Below are positions 47,459 to 56,320 of a DNA stretch of 64,000 bases, in pieces. The position numbers were made by a program, and so were the translations under genes. Source of the stretch: Acidimicrobiia bacterium (GTDB lineage Bacteria; Actinomycetota; Acidimicrobiia; IMCC26256; JAGNEX01); contig JAGNEX010000002.1 in NCBI GenBank assembly GCA_018003035.1, forward strand, positions 67,895-131,894, in the 5' to 3' direction. Within the stretch, counting starts at the first letter, position 1. Each line of letters starts with the position of its first letter. The notes beneath the pieces are model-generated. The model was given only the letters and a program-made list of their open reading frames with translations. It was not told where the DNA came from and did not search any database.

Positions 47459-48993
47459 GCGACATCCTCACGGGGACGGGCCGTCTCGGCGCCTGTTCGC
47501 GGTGGCTTTGCCAGACGAGAGACATCCCAGAGCGCTTGGCGATACGCCGCCAAATGACGTTCGGCTGTGTACTTGCGCTTTACCCGGTTGAACCCACGAA
47601 TGCCCATCTCTTCGGCCATATCGGGGAAGTCAAGGAGCGTGCAGACAGCGTTGGTCAGCCCGTGCACGTCGCCAGGTTGGGTCGTGAGCCCGCAACCGTG
47701 GATGACGTCTGCGACCCCACCAACTCCGGTGGCGACGATGGGGCGTGCCTCGCTCATCGCTTCAAGGAGCGTCATCGGCAGACCTTCTGAGATCGAGGTC
47801 ATCAGCACAACATCTGCGGCCCGAAGCGCACGTTCCGGTTCGTCGGTCGAGCCCATGAAACGGAACTTCGGCCCGAGGTTGAGCGACCGGTAGACCATCT
47901 GAACCGACCGGGCGTATTCCTCTTGAGATTCGCCAATCGGTCCGTAATGCAAGAACTGGGTGTTGGGGCGCTCTTTGAGCACGGCTTCTGCGACGCGTAG
48001 AAGGGTGTGAACGTCCTTCAGCGGGTCGATGCGCCCCACCGAGACCACAACATCGTGGCGTGGTAGCGGTGTGGGGGAGTCCGGGTTCCGCACCCCGTTT
48101 GGGATCGTCCGGATCTTGGCCGGGTTTACGTCAAAGGCCCGCTCCCATTGAGTGTGAGCAGGTGTCACCGGGGCGATCATGTCAGAAACGGAATAAGCGG
48201 TCCGCGTGAGGCCACGAGCGAGTCGCGAGGTGATGAATCGACGACCAGGGGTCGCGTTGGTCGACATCGCTCCCAAGTAGGCCTCGCGCACGTAGAGGCC
48301 GTGTTCGGTCAGCAAGACGGGGGTACCCCGCTCGGCCTTCTCGGCTACGGCCGGCAATGCGGCCCACCCGGCAGCTGTCAGGTGCAACACGTCGGACTTC
48401 GGCAGAGGCATGGCCCCGCAGCGCGCCACCCAGTAGAGGGTCTGGTACAGCTCGCTCGCCTCGGGAATGTCCATCTCGGGCATGACGTGGGCGTCAGGAA
48501 CGGTTTCCTTGCGCAGGTCTTCAAGCGCGTCGAGAAAGCCGTCCCATCCCACAGCAGCGCGAAATGCGTGCCGGATCCGGGTGGGATTGTTTCGGCACCA
48601 CACGAGGGGTTCCCGGAGGGTCGTCGGATCGGCGTCCCAGGCGAGGAGGCCCCTTAACAGTTCTGCTGGCAGATCGTCGCGCCGCGCACGCCCTTGTGCT
48701 CGTCCACCGATCGTGCGAATACGCGAGTCGGACCAGAGTTCGAGCGGCTTCATCAGCCTGACATTGCTCGGGATCTGGAAGATTCGTTTGCGGATCGTGT
48801 CTCCACCGACGATCGGCAGCAGGATCCAATCGACGTCGGAGAGCCCGCCAACCAACTGATCACACCAGGAACTCACACCGCCGACGACGAAGGGATATGT
48901 CCCCTCGGTCACCATCAGGACCCGCAGCGGCGGGCGAGATGAGGACTTGCCAGCTGATTCGCCAGGTGCGGCCAGCGGCCGATCGGTACTCAC
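47455..48993 (-). CDS. DUF3492-type GT4 glycosyltransferase (PelF-like)
   Basis: N-terminal LRVLMVTEGTYPFVVGGVSSWCDQLVGGL matches my recollection of the DUF3492/PelF signature (EGTxPYxxGGVSSW). The C-terminal GT4 part has GRIDPLKDVHTLL and the E-x7-E region EGLPMTLLEAMSEARPIVATGVGG. Confidence 0.8.
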   Translation of the reverse strand: MSTDRPLAAPGESAGKSSSRPPLRVLMVTEGTYPFVVGGVSSWCDQLVGGLSDVDWILLPIVGGDTIRKRIFQIPSNVRLMKPLELWSDSRIRTIGGRAQGRARRDDLPAELLRGLLAWDADPTTLREPLVWCRNNPTRIRHAFRAAVGWDGFLDALEDLRKETVPDAHVMPEMDIPEASELYQTLYWVARCGAMPLPKSDVLHLTAAGWAALPAVAEKAERGTPVLLTEHGLYVREAYLGAMSTNATPGRRFITSRLARGLTRTAYSVSDMIAPVTPAHTQWERAFDVNPAKIRTIPNGVRNPDSPTPLPRHDVVVSVGRIDPLKDVHTLLRVAEAVLKERPNTQFLHYGPIGESQEEYARSVQMVYRSLNLGPKFRFMGSTDEPERALRAADVVLMTSISEGLPMTLLEAMSEARPIVATGVGGVADVIHGCGLTTQPGDVHGLTNAVCTLLDFPDMAEEMGIRGFNRVKRKYTAERHLAAYRQALWDVSRLAKPPRTGAETARPREDVA

Positions 48994-50861
48994 GAAACAA
49001 CCTTCACGGGAGTCGCCGTGTTGCCCTTGGTGTCAACGAACCCTGAGATCTCTGCGCCGTATTGATCGAGGCCTTGAGCTCCGGTGACGGGCATGCGCAA
49101 CTCTTTGTTGGCAGCGTTGACGAACACGATCTGTCCGTTTTGGACGAAGGCCTCGACGTTGCCTGATTCGAGCTGGTTCGCCCAGTCAGCGTTTGCCGCC
49201 CGAATGTCTGCGATCGCGCTGTAGTCAGGCTGAGCGATCGGCAAGGACGTAAGCGCCTTGTAGCGCTCGAGAACTCGATCAAAGACGTCGTAAAACACGC
49301 GGTCTTCAGCAAGGTTGGACTGGTGGAGGTAGTGCGGGTCCGGGTTGCCAGACATCAGAATCCGGAGGATTCGATCGGCTTCCCAGTCGGCGTACTGCTC
49401 GTAGCTGAACGGCTCCTCAAAGCATTCAGACACGCAGCTGCCGCCCGCATAGCGGTTGTTGAACTCGTCGAGCTGTTCTTCCCGGGTGCCGGTGTCGTAA
49501 TACATGTTCATGGGCCAGCGGGGGACGGTCCACGTGTTGCCGAGCAGTTGGGAGGGTTCGCCGGCGACCGAGTGGTCCGAGGCGGTAATGGCGATGTTGT
49601 TTTTGGCAAGCGCCTGGGGAAGGTTTGGGTTCCGCAAACCTGAATGCTCCCCGGTCACAAGCTCGGTTTTGACGATCGGAATGCCATTTTCGTCAGCGAA
49701 GGTGATGTTCTTGGCGATCTCTTCGTCGAGTTGCTCGGCAGTTGCGTTATCGAGATTGAGGTGGCTGTACGTGTGGTTGATCCAGCGGAACTTGTCTTTG
49801 TCGGCGAGCAGCGTGGTCAACAACGGATCGTTGCCATTTTGTTGCGTTGCGAGTTCGGTCCCGTAGCCGTTGTAGACGAAGTCGAAAACAATGCCCGTCT
49901 TTGCGCTCCACGCCGCGGCGGCTTCGGCGTCTTCGGGAGTCATCCGGATGGGCGTGTCGGTTTGGGTGTTGGTCTGCTTCGTCGCCGGGTCCCAGCGGTG
50001 GTTGGGAAGAAGGATGTCGTCGACGTGAAGCGCCAGATAGTTGCGCTTAAATCCAAGGTGAACGCCCTTGGTGACCCAGCTGAGCATCGCGGGAATCAAG
50101 ACTTCGGCGTGTTCGCTCACTTCGCTTGAGTCAAAGGTGCCGATCAGTTCCTCGCGCCCGTCGTCGTAGGTCCGCACACCCATGAGCGTTGAGTTCTGTG
50201 GTCCGGTGAGCAGCGGGGTCACGTCCTGAGCGACGGCCAGGTATACCCACGCTTGATCGTCGATGGGCAGCGTGTCGGTCGTTCCCGGCAGGGCAGCCTT
50301 GCCTTCGGGTGTGACCGTGGCGACCAAATCGTCCATTGGGCCGCTGGGATCGAGCGCTTCTTCAAAACCCCACGACGGGTTGGGGTACACATACGCCGTG
50401 ACGTGCCTGACGCCGAAGGTCTGCTCGAAGCTAATAATCGCGCCCTGCTCGTTTTGGTCCAGGGCTTCCCACGCCTTCTGGGAAATCACCACGACGCCGT
50501 TGTAGAGGGCACGTTTGCCCTTGGCCAGGCGGTCTGGGGTGAGGTTCTCTGCCGCGGCGACGACCACGTCGTAGGGCGTTCCCATGGTCTCGAGCATCGA
50601 CTGCCACGCCACTACGTTCGGCTCGGAACCGGTCTCTGCGATGATCAGAAGGCGGAGGTCAAGACTGGGGGTATTGGCGTCCCGGCTACCCGCCGACACT
50701 TCTTCTACGGTTTTGTTAGGAGCCGCCGAAGTAGGTGGTGACGTAATCGTCGAACCTTTGTTGGAGTCCTTTGAACACGCGGTGAAGGCGAGAGCAAGGA
50801 TCGAAAACAACAGGAGGCACATCCGCCCCGGCCGGCAGCGCTTGTTCATGAACACTCTCAT
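48990..50861 (-). CDS. Large lipoprotein with polysaccharide-deacetylase-like metal motifs (PelA-deacetylase / Agd3-like?)
   Basis: Signal peptide with lipobox LAFTAC. LALHVDDILLPNHRW (Asp-Asp) and WINHTYSHLNLD (H-x3-H) resemble CE4-type motifs 1 and 2, but lie roughly 80-90 aa apart. 623 aa. GTGA overlap with the downstream glycosyltransferase. Confidence 0.55.
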   Translation of the reverse strand: MRVFMNKRCRPGRMCLLLFSILALAFTACSKDSNKGSTITSPPTSAAPNKTVEEVSAGSRDANTPSLDLRLLIIAETGSEPNVVAWQSMLETMGTPYDVVVAAAENLTPDRLAKGKRALYNGVVVISQKAWEALDQNEQGAIISFEQTFGVRHVTAYVYPNPSWGFEEALDPSGPMDDLVATVTPEGKAALPGTTDTLPIDDQAWVYLAVAQDVTPLLTGPQNSTLMGVRTYDDGREELIGTFDSSEVSEHAEVLIPAMLSWVTKGVHLGFKRNYLALHVDDILLPNHRWDPATKQTNTQTDTPIRMTPEDAEAAAAWSAKTGIVFDFVYNGYGTELATQQNGNDPLLTTLLADKDKFRWINHTYSHLNLDNATAEQLDEEIAKNITFADENGIPIVKTELVTGEHSGLRNPNLPQALAKNNIAITASDHSVAGEPSQLLGNTWTVPRWPMNMYYDTGTREEQLDEFNNRYAGGSCVSECFEEPFSYEQYADWEADRILRILMSGNPDPHYLHQSNLAEDRVFYDVFDRVLERYKALTSLPIAQPDYSAIADIRAANADWANQLESGNVEAFVQNGQIVFVNAANKELRMPVTGAQGLDQYGAEISGFVDTKGNTATPVKVVS

Positions 50862-51013
50862 GGTCGAACGGGTCGGCCTCGCGGATCGGTCCCTGCGGCA
50901 AGGCCAAAGATGGGGAATATCATCGCGCTGGCACCGGCCGTGATTTTGGTCGGAGCTTCAAGCCGATAGGACATCCCTGGGTAACAGGGCCGTCTCAAAA
51001 CGTCGGGTCACGC

Positions 51014-51781
51014 CTAGCCGCGTCGAGCCGGAGAGCTGCGGCGAGGGTCGCCGGGCCGTGGCCGTTCTGAGGGCGACGCCCCTGTCCGAGGCGATCGGAG
51101 GTCGGCTTGACCTGGAACCGGTTTTGAGCCGTTGACAGGCCCGATCGGCTTTACGACCGGGGAGTTTGAACCGCCAACCTTGGCAGCTCCAGCCCCAGCT
51201 CCGGGAGCTCCGGTCTTGTTAGCACCGGGCGCCGAATTAACGGGAGCTGCCTTTTTGGGGGTTGGCGGCTTGTTGGCACCAGACGGTGCGCTGAAGGCGG
51301 AGTTGGGCGCCGCACCCGCAGGCGCGGGTCGAGCGAGATCAGGTCGTAGGCCTTCGGTGGCTGGGCGAGGACCCGTGCCATTCGTCTCGGCCCGAGTGGG
51401 ACGTGGGGTCGCAGCCCGCTTCACCGGAGTTGCGCGCAGGCGCTCCTGCAGGTCCCCCAAGGCTGCCATCGCCTCTTCGGTGACCTTGGCCAGCGCGCGG
51501 CGCAACATGACCGTTTCTGCCTGAAGCGCGGCTACGTCGTCCCCAGCATCGGTTTGAACGCGAGCGATCTCCCGCAACCTTGACGCCTCGTCTTCGGCTC
51601 CATAGACGCCGAGAACTTGCATCTGGAGGCGGTGGTTCTCCTCCCGCAGCGCAATATTCTCAGCCCGAAGCCGCTCTATTTCACGCGCCCGCTCGTCGCG
51701 TGCCCTGCGAGGGCGAGCTCCATCAGGGAGCTGTTCGTCACTGGCAGGCCGTGCGTTTGGCGTCTTGGAAAGTCGTGCCAA
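51014..51781 (-). CDS. Coiled-coil plus Pro/Ala/Gly-rich hypothetical protein
   Basis: TTG start with an AAGGG SD. The N-terminal half has heptad-like charged repeats (EIERLRAENIALREENHRLQMQ; LQAETVMLRRALAKVTEEAMAALGDLQERL). The C-terminal half is P/A/G/K low complexity. Same strand as the EPS operon, 152 nt upstream of it. Confidence 0.55.
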   Translation of the reverse strand: MARLSKTPNARPASDEQLPDGARPRRARDERAREIERLRAENIALREENHRLQMQVLGVYGAEDEASRLREIARVQTDAGDDVAALQAETVMLRRALAKVTEEAMAALGDLQERLRATPVKRAATPRPTRAETNGTGPRPATEGLRPDLARPAPAGAAPNSAFSAPSGANKPPTPKKAAPVNSAPGANKTGAPGAGAGAAKVGGSNSPVVKPIGPVNGSKPVPGQADLRSPRTGASPSERPRPGDPRRSSPARRG

Positions 51782-52165
51782 CGTGTCACCCTTCGTTGTC
51801 GCCGCCGAGGGTCATCACTCTGCGTCGACGCAATCGTATGGTGCTCACCAACCAACACCGCAACCGGCTTAGGTCAACGGCGTTGAAGTGGTGCGGGACT
51901 ACTGGAGCTCCCATTGTGGGGTCCACTAGGCGAGATCCCGGTGCCTCCGTAGTGCTGAGAATAGGTCGTCTCGGGAGGGGTGCGGCGTATCGACCGCTGA
52001 AGAACTTACTTCAGGTCGGCCACGTCCCACGCCCAGTGTGGCCACTGGTACTTTGTGTGGTCTCGGACCCCCAAAGTTTAGGTCGATGACCGGTAAAGCG
52101 GGGCCGCGCCCGAACACCTGTTTAGTATGCCGTCTCGTTGTAACGGTGATGTTTGGGAGACGCGA

Positions 52166-53050
52166 ATGAGTCGCAACCGCTCCGCCCTGTTGGCGATTTC
52201 GATGGCGATATTTGTGGCGGTGCTGAGCGCTTGTTCAAGTTCCAAAGATGGCGACCCCGACAAGCCCGCCGATTCAGCGGTCGCCACGCCCACCAGCGCG
52301 GTAGGCGACGCTAGTGAGCGAAACGCCGCAGCCCCGGACGGTTGGTGGCGCCCGGAGAAGGGGTTGTCGTGGCAGTGGCAACTGCAAGGTGACATTGACA
52401 CCGCGATTGATGCAGACGTCTATGACCTCGACATCACCGGGCCGAGTGACGAAGTCCTGGCGACGCTCGCGGGGCGCGACGTCAAACTGATCTGCTACTT
52501 CAGCGTTGGCAGCTGGGAGGATTGGCGACCCGATGCTGCAGATTTCCCGGACGGAGTCCTTGGTAATGAGAACGGTTGGCCAGGGGAGCGCTGGCTCGAC
52601 ATCGGCAACCTCGACGCGCTGCGGCCGATCTTTCAGGCGCGTATCGACACCTGCGCAGAGCGGGGTTACGACGCGATTGAGCCCGATAACACCGACGGTT
52701 ACAGCCACGAGACCGGGTTCGAGATCTCGGAGGACGATTCCATCGCCCTGATCCAGATGCTGGCAGATATGGCGCACCAAAAGGGCCTGGCTATCGGCCT
52801 CAAGAACTCGCCGGTGTTGGTGGAGCGGCTCGTGAACACGGTGGATTTCGCCGTGGTCGAACAGTGTGTGTTCTACGAAGAATGCTTTTACTGGGATCCC
52901 ATGCTCGCAGCGAACAAGGCTGTGTTCTTAGCCGAGTACCAGGTGGAGCCCGCCGTCTTCTGCCCGCAAACCCAACCAGTCGGTATCAGCGCCATATATA
53001 AGGATCAAATGCTCGATGCTCCGGTCCAGTCCTGCGACGGTGAGGCCTGA
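52166..53050 (+). CDS. GH114-family endo-alpha-1,4-polygalactosaminidase-like lipoprotein
   Basis: From ATG 52166: MSRNRSALLAISMAIFVAVLSAC (lipobox). Then SWQWQLQG...DVYDLD...KLICYFSVGSWEDWRPD...GERWLDI...RGYDAIEPDNTDGY...GLAIGLKN, which matches the Glyco_hydro_114 pattern as I remember it. Confidence 0.8.
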   Translation: MSRNRSALLAISMAIFVAVLSACSSSKDGDPDKPADSAVATPTSAVGDASERNAAAPDGWWRPEKGLSWQWQLQGDIDTAIDADVYDLDITGPSDEVLATLAGRDVKLICYFSVGSWEDWRPDAADFPDGVLGNENGWPGERWLDIGNLDALRPIFQARIDTCAERGYDAIEPDNTDGYSHETGFEISEDDSIALIQMLADMAHQKGLAIGLKNSPVLVERLVNTVDFAVVEQCVFYEECFYWDPMLAANKAVFLAEYQVEPAVFCPQTQPVGISAIYKDQMLDAPVQSCDGEA

Positions 53051-53865
53051 TGGTCCGGTTCGATTCGGGTGACATCCTCGCCGAACAGCCAAAACCAAAA
53101 GGTCCGCAGTACCCGAAGGTGGCGGCCATTCCCGGCACGCTCGTCGAACACCGCCGATCAGGATTCGAGGGGGTCATCGTCGACACGTTCGATGACGGGG
53201 TGACGATCCGCAATCGCGAGGGAATGCAACGAATCTTGCGCATGGACCCCGGTGCTTTTCGGGTCCACGGTCAGGTGGTATCGATCGTTCCCGCACCCCG
53301 ACAGGCCACCTCCACACCCCGTGTGACCGCGTCGGGCTCCACCGCCGTTCCGGAGGCAAAAGCACGGGTCGCTCGAGCAAGCCGGATCTATGTCGAAGGT
53401 AAGCACGACGCAGAATTGATCGAGCGGGTCTGGGGTGACGACCTTCGGGTCGAAGGCATCGTGGTGCTGCCGATGGATGGCGCTGACGACCTCGCCCTCT
53501 TGGTTCGTAAGTTTCAGCCAGGGCCGGGCAGACGGTTGGGTGTGCTGTTGGACCACCTCGTCGAAGGGTCGAAGGAAACGCGACTTGCGGCCCAGGTCAA
53601 CAGCGCAGATGTGCTGATTACTGGTCACCGATTTGTCGACATCTGGGCGGCGATACGCCCCGATCGCGTCGGACTGCCGCCATGGCCTGACGTTCCTCGC
53701 GGGACGCCGTGGAAAGAGGGGATTTGTCAGGCTCTCGGCGTCGCGGACCCCGCGGATTTCTGGCGCCAGTTACTCAGGCGAGTCGACTCCTATGCCGATC
53801 TTCATCCTGATCTGGTAGGCGCGGTCGAACAGTTGATCGACTTCGTCACCATGCCGGAGAACTGA
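53050..53865 (+). CDS. Conserved actinobacterial protein, DUF3097-like (Toprim-like C-terminal half)
   Basis: 271 aa. YVEGKHDAELIERVWGDDLRVEGIVVLPMDGADDL. The ATG shares one base with the GH114 stop (TGATG). The family name is from memory and not verified. Confidence 0.5.
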   Translation: MVRFDSGDILAEQPKPKGPQYPKVAAIPGTLVEHRRSGFEGVIVDTFDDGVTIRNREGMQRILRMDPGAFRVHGQVVSIVPAPRQATSTPRVTASGSTAVPEAKARVARASRIYVEGKHDAELIERVWGDDLRVEGIVVLPMDGADDLALLVRKFQPGPGRRLGVLLDHLVEGSKETRLAAQVNSADVLITGHRFVDIWAAIRPDRVGLPPWPDVPRGTPWKEGICQALGVADPADFWRQLLRRVDSYADLHPDLVGAVEQLIDFVTMPEN

Positions 53866-54088
53866 CGGACTGACGGCAGGTGTCCTCGACGCTTTCAGTC
53901 GGCTTTATCGATGCTGTGGAGCGGATCCATCGTTATTCGCCGCGGCGTTGGCGGTCCCAGCAAAAATTCTCTGAATAACACTCAAGTGATTCGACTTTCC
54001 TGCCGAAGGGCACCCCAAGGGAGGGCCTAGGCGGTCCTCTGCCTGCGTCGTTGGTGCCCCGCAATGCCGCGACAATCGGAGGTCGAAG

Positions 54089-55336
54089 ATGTTGAGTGCG
54101 CGCCACATCCCCCGGACCGCTGTGCGGTCGCTGAGGGATTGGTTCGCCGCATTCGTGTTGTTTGGCATCGCGTTTACCGCCACGTTGGCGGGTTTCGATG
54201 CTGTACCCGCCAGCGCGGCACCCGTGACCCGGTCGATCTCCGGGACGATCAGTCTGAGCTCTGAGGGTCGGAGCCAGCTCACCCAGCGCGTGTGGATCTC
54301 GGTTACAACCCTCAATGAGGTCGAGGTGGCCCGTGTCCGGGTGTCTTCGGACGGCACGTTCCACGTCGTCGGACTTCTGCCCAACCGCTACCGCATCAGC
54401 TTTGTTATGCCGACGCTTAGCGTCACCTCGGTACTCGAAGACGGTGACGCCCGGCGCGACGGAACCACCGTCCTGGACCTGCGGCAGCGATCCGAAGATT
54501 CGCTCGACGTGGACTTCGAAGTGCGCCCGATCGATACCGTCACCGGGATCGGTGGGTCTGTATGGATCGACGTTGACGGAGACGGCGAACCCGGGATCGA
54601 CGACAGGCCTGGGACCGGTGTGTGGGTCATCGTCGAGGAAGGTGACGGCAAAGAGGTCGGGCGGGCCAAGACCGACGCCGCCGGGCGATTCCAGGTCAAC
54701 GGGCTTTGTGTGTGCCGGACGACGGACCCACAGCTCTGGCTTCGAGCGATCTCACCGGGAACATCAGCGGTCGGGCGTGTGAGCGTGCCGGTCGGCTCGA
54801 TGAGTATGACCGCACGGGTACCACTGACTCCCGTTGAGGAGCCGACCACTACGACGACTCCAATCGTGGAGGCGTCCCCAATCGTTCAGCAGTTGGTCGT
54901 CGCTTCGGAGTCGATCGTATCGGTCGTCGAACCCATCGAAACGACCACCACGGTGGCCGCCGCCCAAGACGAACAGGAGACTGCGACGACGAGAAAGCCG
55001 TCTGCGTCAACCACGACCTCGTCGAGTACTTCGGCGCCGGTAAAGAACCAGCTTCCAACCGAATGGATGCTCGGCTCGCCAGCGCCGAAGGTTGCGACCA
55101 CCACTCAGGCGGACGCAACGTCGACCACCTCCATATATCTGGGTGACGCTGTACGCAGCCTTGCCGTTCCGCCGTCATCGTTGACTGGGACTGATGACAA
55201 CAAACGCGGCATCGCCGCCGAACTACTCGTGATCGTCGCGCTCGGCGGGCTCTGCGGCCTGATGTTGGTGGTGTCGGGATCTCGACTGAACGGAAGCGAG
55301 GACGACGAATCGTCAGATGTGTTGCCTTTTAACTAG
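54089..55336 (+). CDS. Secreted, C-terminally membrane-anchored protein with SdrD-B / CarboxypepD_reg-like repeats and a Thr/Ser stalk
   Basis: GGAGG SD. Signal/TM WFAAFVLFGIAFTATLAGF...ASAAP. GGSVWIDVDGDGEPGIDDRPGTGVWVIVEEGDGKEVGRAKTDAAGRFQVNGL motif. T/S/P-rich stalk. C-terminal TM AAELLVIVALGGLCGLMLVV. Confidence 0.7.
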   Translation: MLSARHIPRTAVRSLRDWFAAFVLFGIAFTATLAGFDAVPASAAPVTRSISGTISLSSEGRSQLTQRVWISVTTLNEVEVARVRVSSDGTFHVVGLLPNRYRISFVMPTLSVTSVLEDGDARRDGTTVLDLRQRSEDSLDVDFEVRPIDTVTGIGGSVWIDVDGDGEPGIDDRPGTGVWVIVEEGDGKEVGRAKTDAAGRFQVNGLCVCRTTDPQLWLRAISPGTSAVGRVSVPVGSMSMTARVPLTPVEEPTTTTTPIVEASPIVQQLVVASESIVSVVEPIETTTTVAAAQDEQETATTRKPSASTTTSSSTSAPVKNQLPTEWMLGSPAPKVATTTQADATSTTSIYLGDAVRSLAVPPSSLTGTDDNKRGIAAELLVIVALGGLCGLMLVVSGSRLNGSEDDESSDVLPFN

Positions 55337-55417
55337 CTGTGACCGCTCACTGGCCGAACCCGGTGAGCCTGGGGCCAGCCCGGACACGGCCGCTGGGTCG
55401 CACGCTGCAGGGGGGAT

Positions 55418-56320
55418 TTAGGCGAATGCTTGATGGGTGTGCGCGTCGGCCGGTGTTGCTGTCCGCTGCTCCGTCGGCGGGCCGGTCATTGCTAGGCGTG
55501 TCGCAGCGATCGTGCAGAGGACGGCGCCAACCATGTGGAGCCAGACCAGGCCTACCGGAACTCCGGTGAAGTACTGGACATATCCGACGATTCCCTGCAG
55601 CGTGAGCACGACGGCGATCGTGAGTGCTGCGCCCCGAACTTGCTGATCCTTGTTCCGCGTAACGACCGCGGCCGTGACTAATGACAGCCACGCCAGGACG
55701 CTGTGAACTCGTGCGACACTAGAAATGTCGAACGCGAATCTGGGGACGTCTTCCTCGCCGCCGTGGGGTCCCGAACCGGTGACGACGGCGCCTGCGACGA
55801 CCGTGAGAGCAACGAGCGCGGCCACAGCCAGCACGAGCGGGCGGTCAGACAGCGTAGGTGCCTCGGGGGACGGTACGGCACGCCGTTGGAATGCTGTCGC
55901 CAGAATCAACGTCAAGATGCCGAGCACCATGTGTCCCATGACGATCTCCGGTGCGAGTCCGCTCCACACTGTGACCGCGCCCAAGAGAATTTCCGCCAGG
56001 ATGACGGCAAAGATCGCCAACAACAGGACGCGCAGGTCTCGACGGGTAGACAGTTTGGTGAATACGAGCCGAGTGGCCATTGCTACCGGGATGACGATGG
56101 CGATCGAGATGAAGCGGTTGATCTGTTCGATCATCCCGTGGATCGTCAGTTCCGAAACGATCCGTTCCTCGGTACAGTTCGGCCAGTCCGGGCAGCCCAG
56201 TCCAGAACCGGTCAGTCGGACGGTGGCGCCAGACACGATGATCGCAGCCATCGCCCCGACCACCCACCAGCCGAGGGTGCGCAGCCGTTCATACTCTTTT
56301 TCGTGCGGGTCCTGGTTCAT
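55418..56320 (-). CDS. ctaA: Heme A synthase (COX15/CtaA)
   Basis: From ATG 56320: ATVRLTGSGLGCPDWPNC motif and a polytopic protein with conserved His residues. ATGA overlap with the rnhA stop. Confidence 0.85.
   Translation of the reverse strand: MNQDPHEKEYERLRTLGWWVVGAMAAIIVSGATVRLTGSGLGCPDWPNCTEERIVSELTIHGMIEQINRFISIAIVIPVAMATRLVFTKLSTRRDLRVLLLAIFAVILAEILLGAVTVWSGLAPEIVMGHMVLGILTLILATAFQRRAVPSPEAPTLSDRPLVLAVAALVALTVVAGAVVTGSGPHGGEEDVPRFAFDISSVARVHSVLAWLSLVTAAVVTRNKDQQVRGAALTIAVVLTLQGIVGYVQYFTGVPVGLVWLHMVGAVLCTIAATRLAMTGPPTEQRTATPADAHTHQAFA

Noticed and set aside
51782-52165. c-di-GMP or other riboswitch in the 384-nt divergent region of the EPS locus
   Set aside because: I could find only short hairpins (CTGAAG-aactta-CTTCAG and the GTGGCCAC palindrome). 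There are no GEMM-like conserved elements recognisable by eye. Left as unannotated promoter space.
55170-55200. SSLTG near the C-terminus of the 54089-55336 protein as a sortase motif
   Set aside because: It does not fit LPxTG/LAxTG (the L and P/A positions are missing). The C-terminal tail after the TM is acidic rather than basic.
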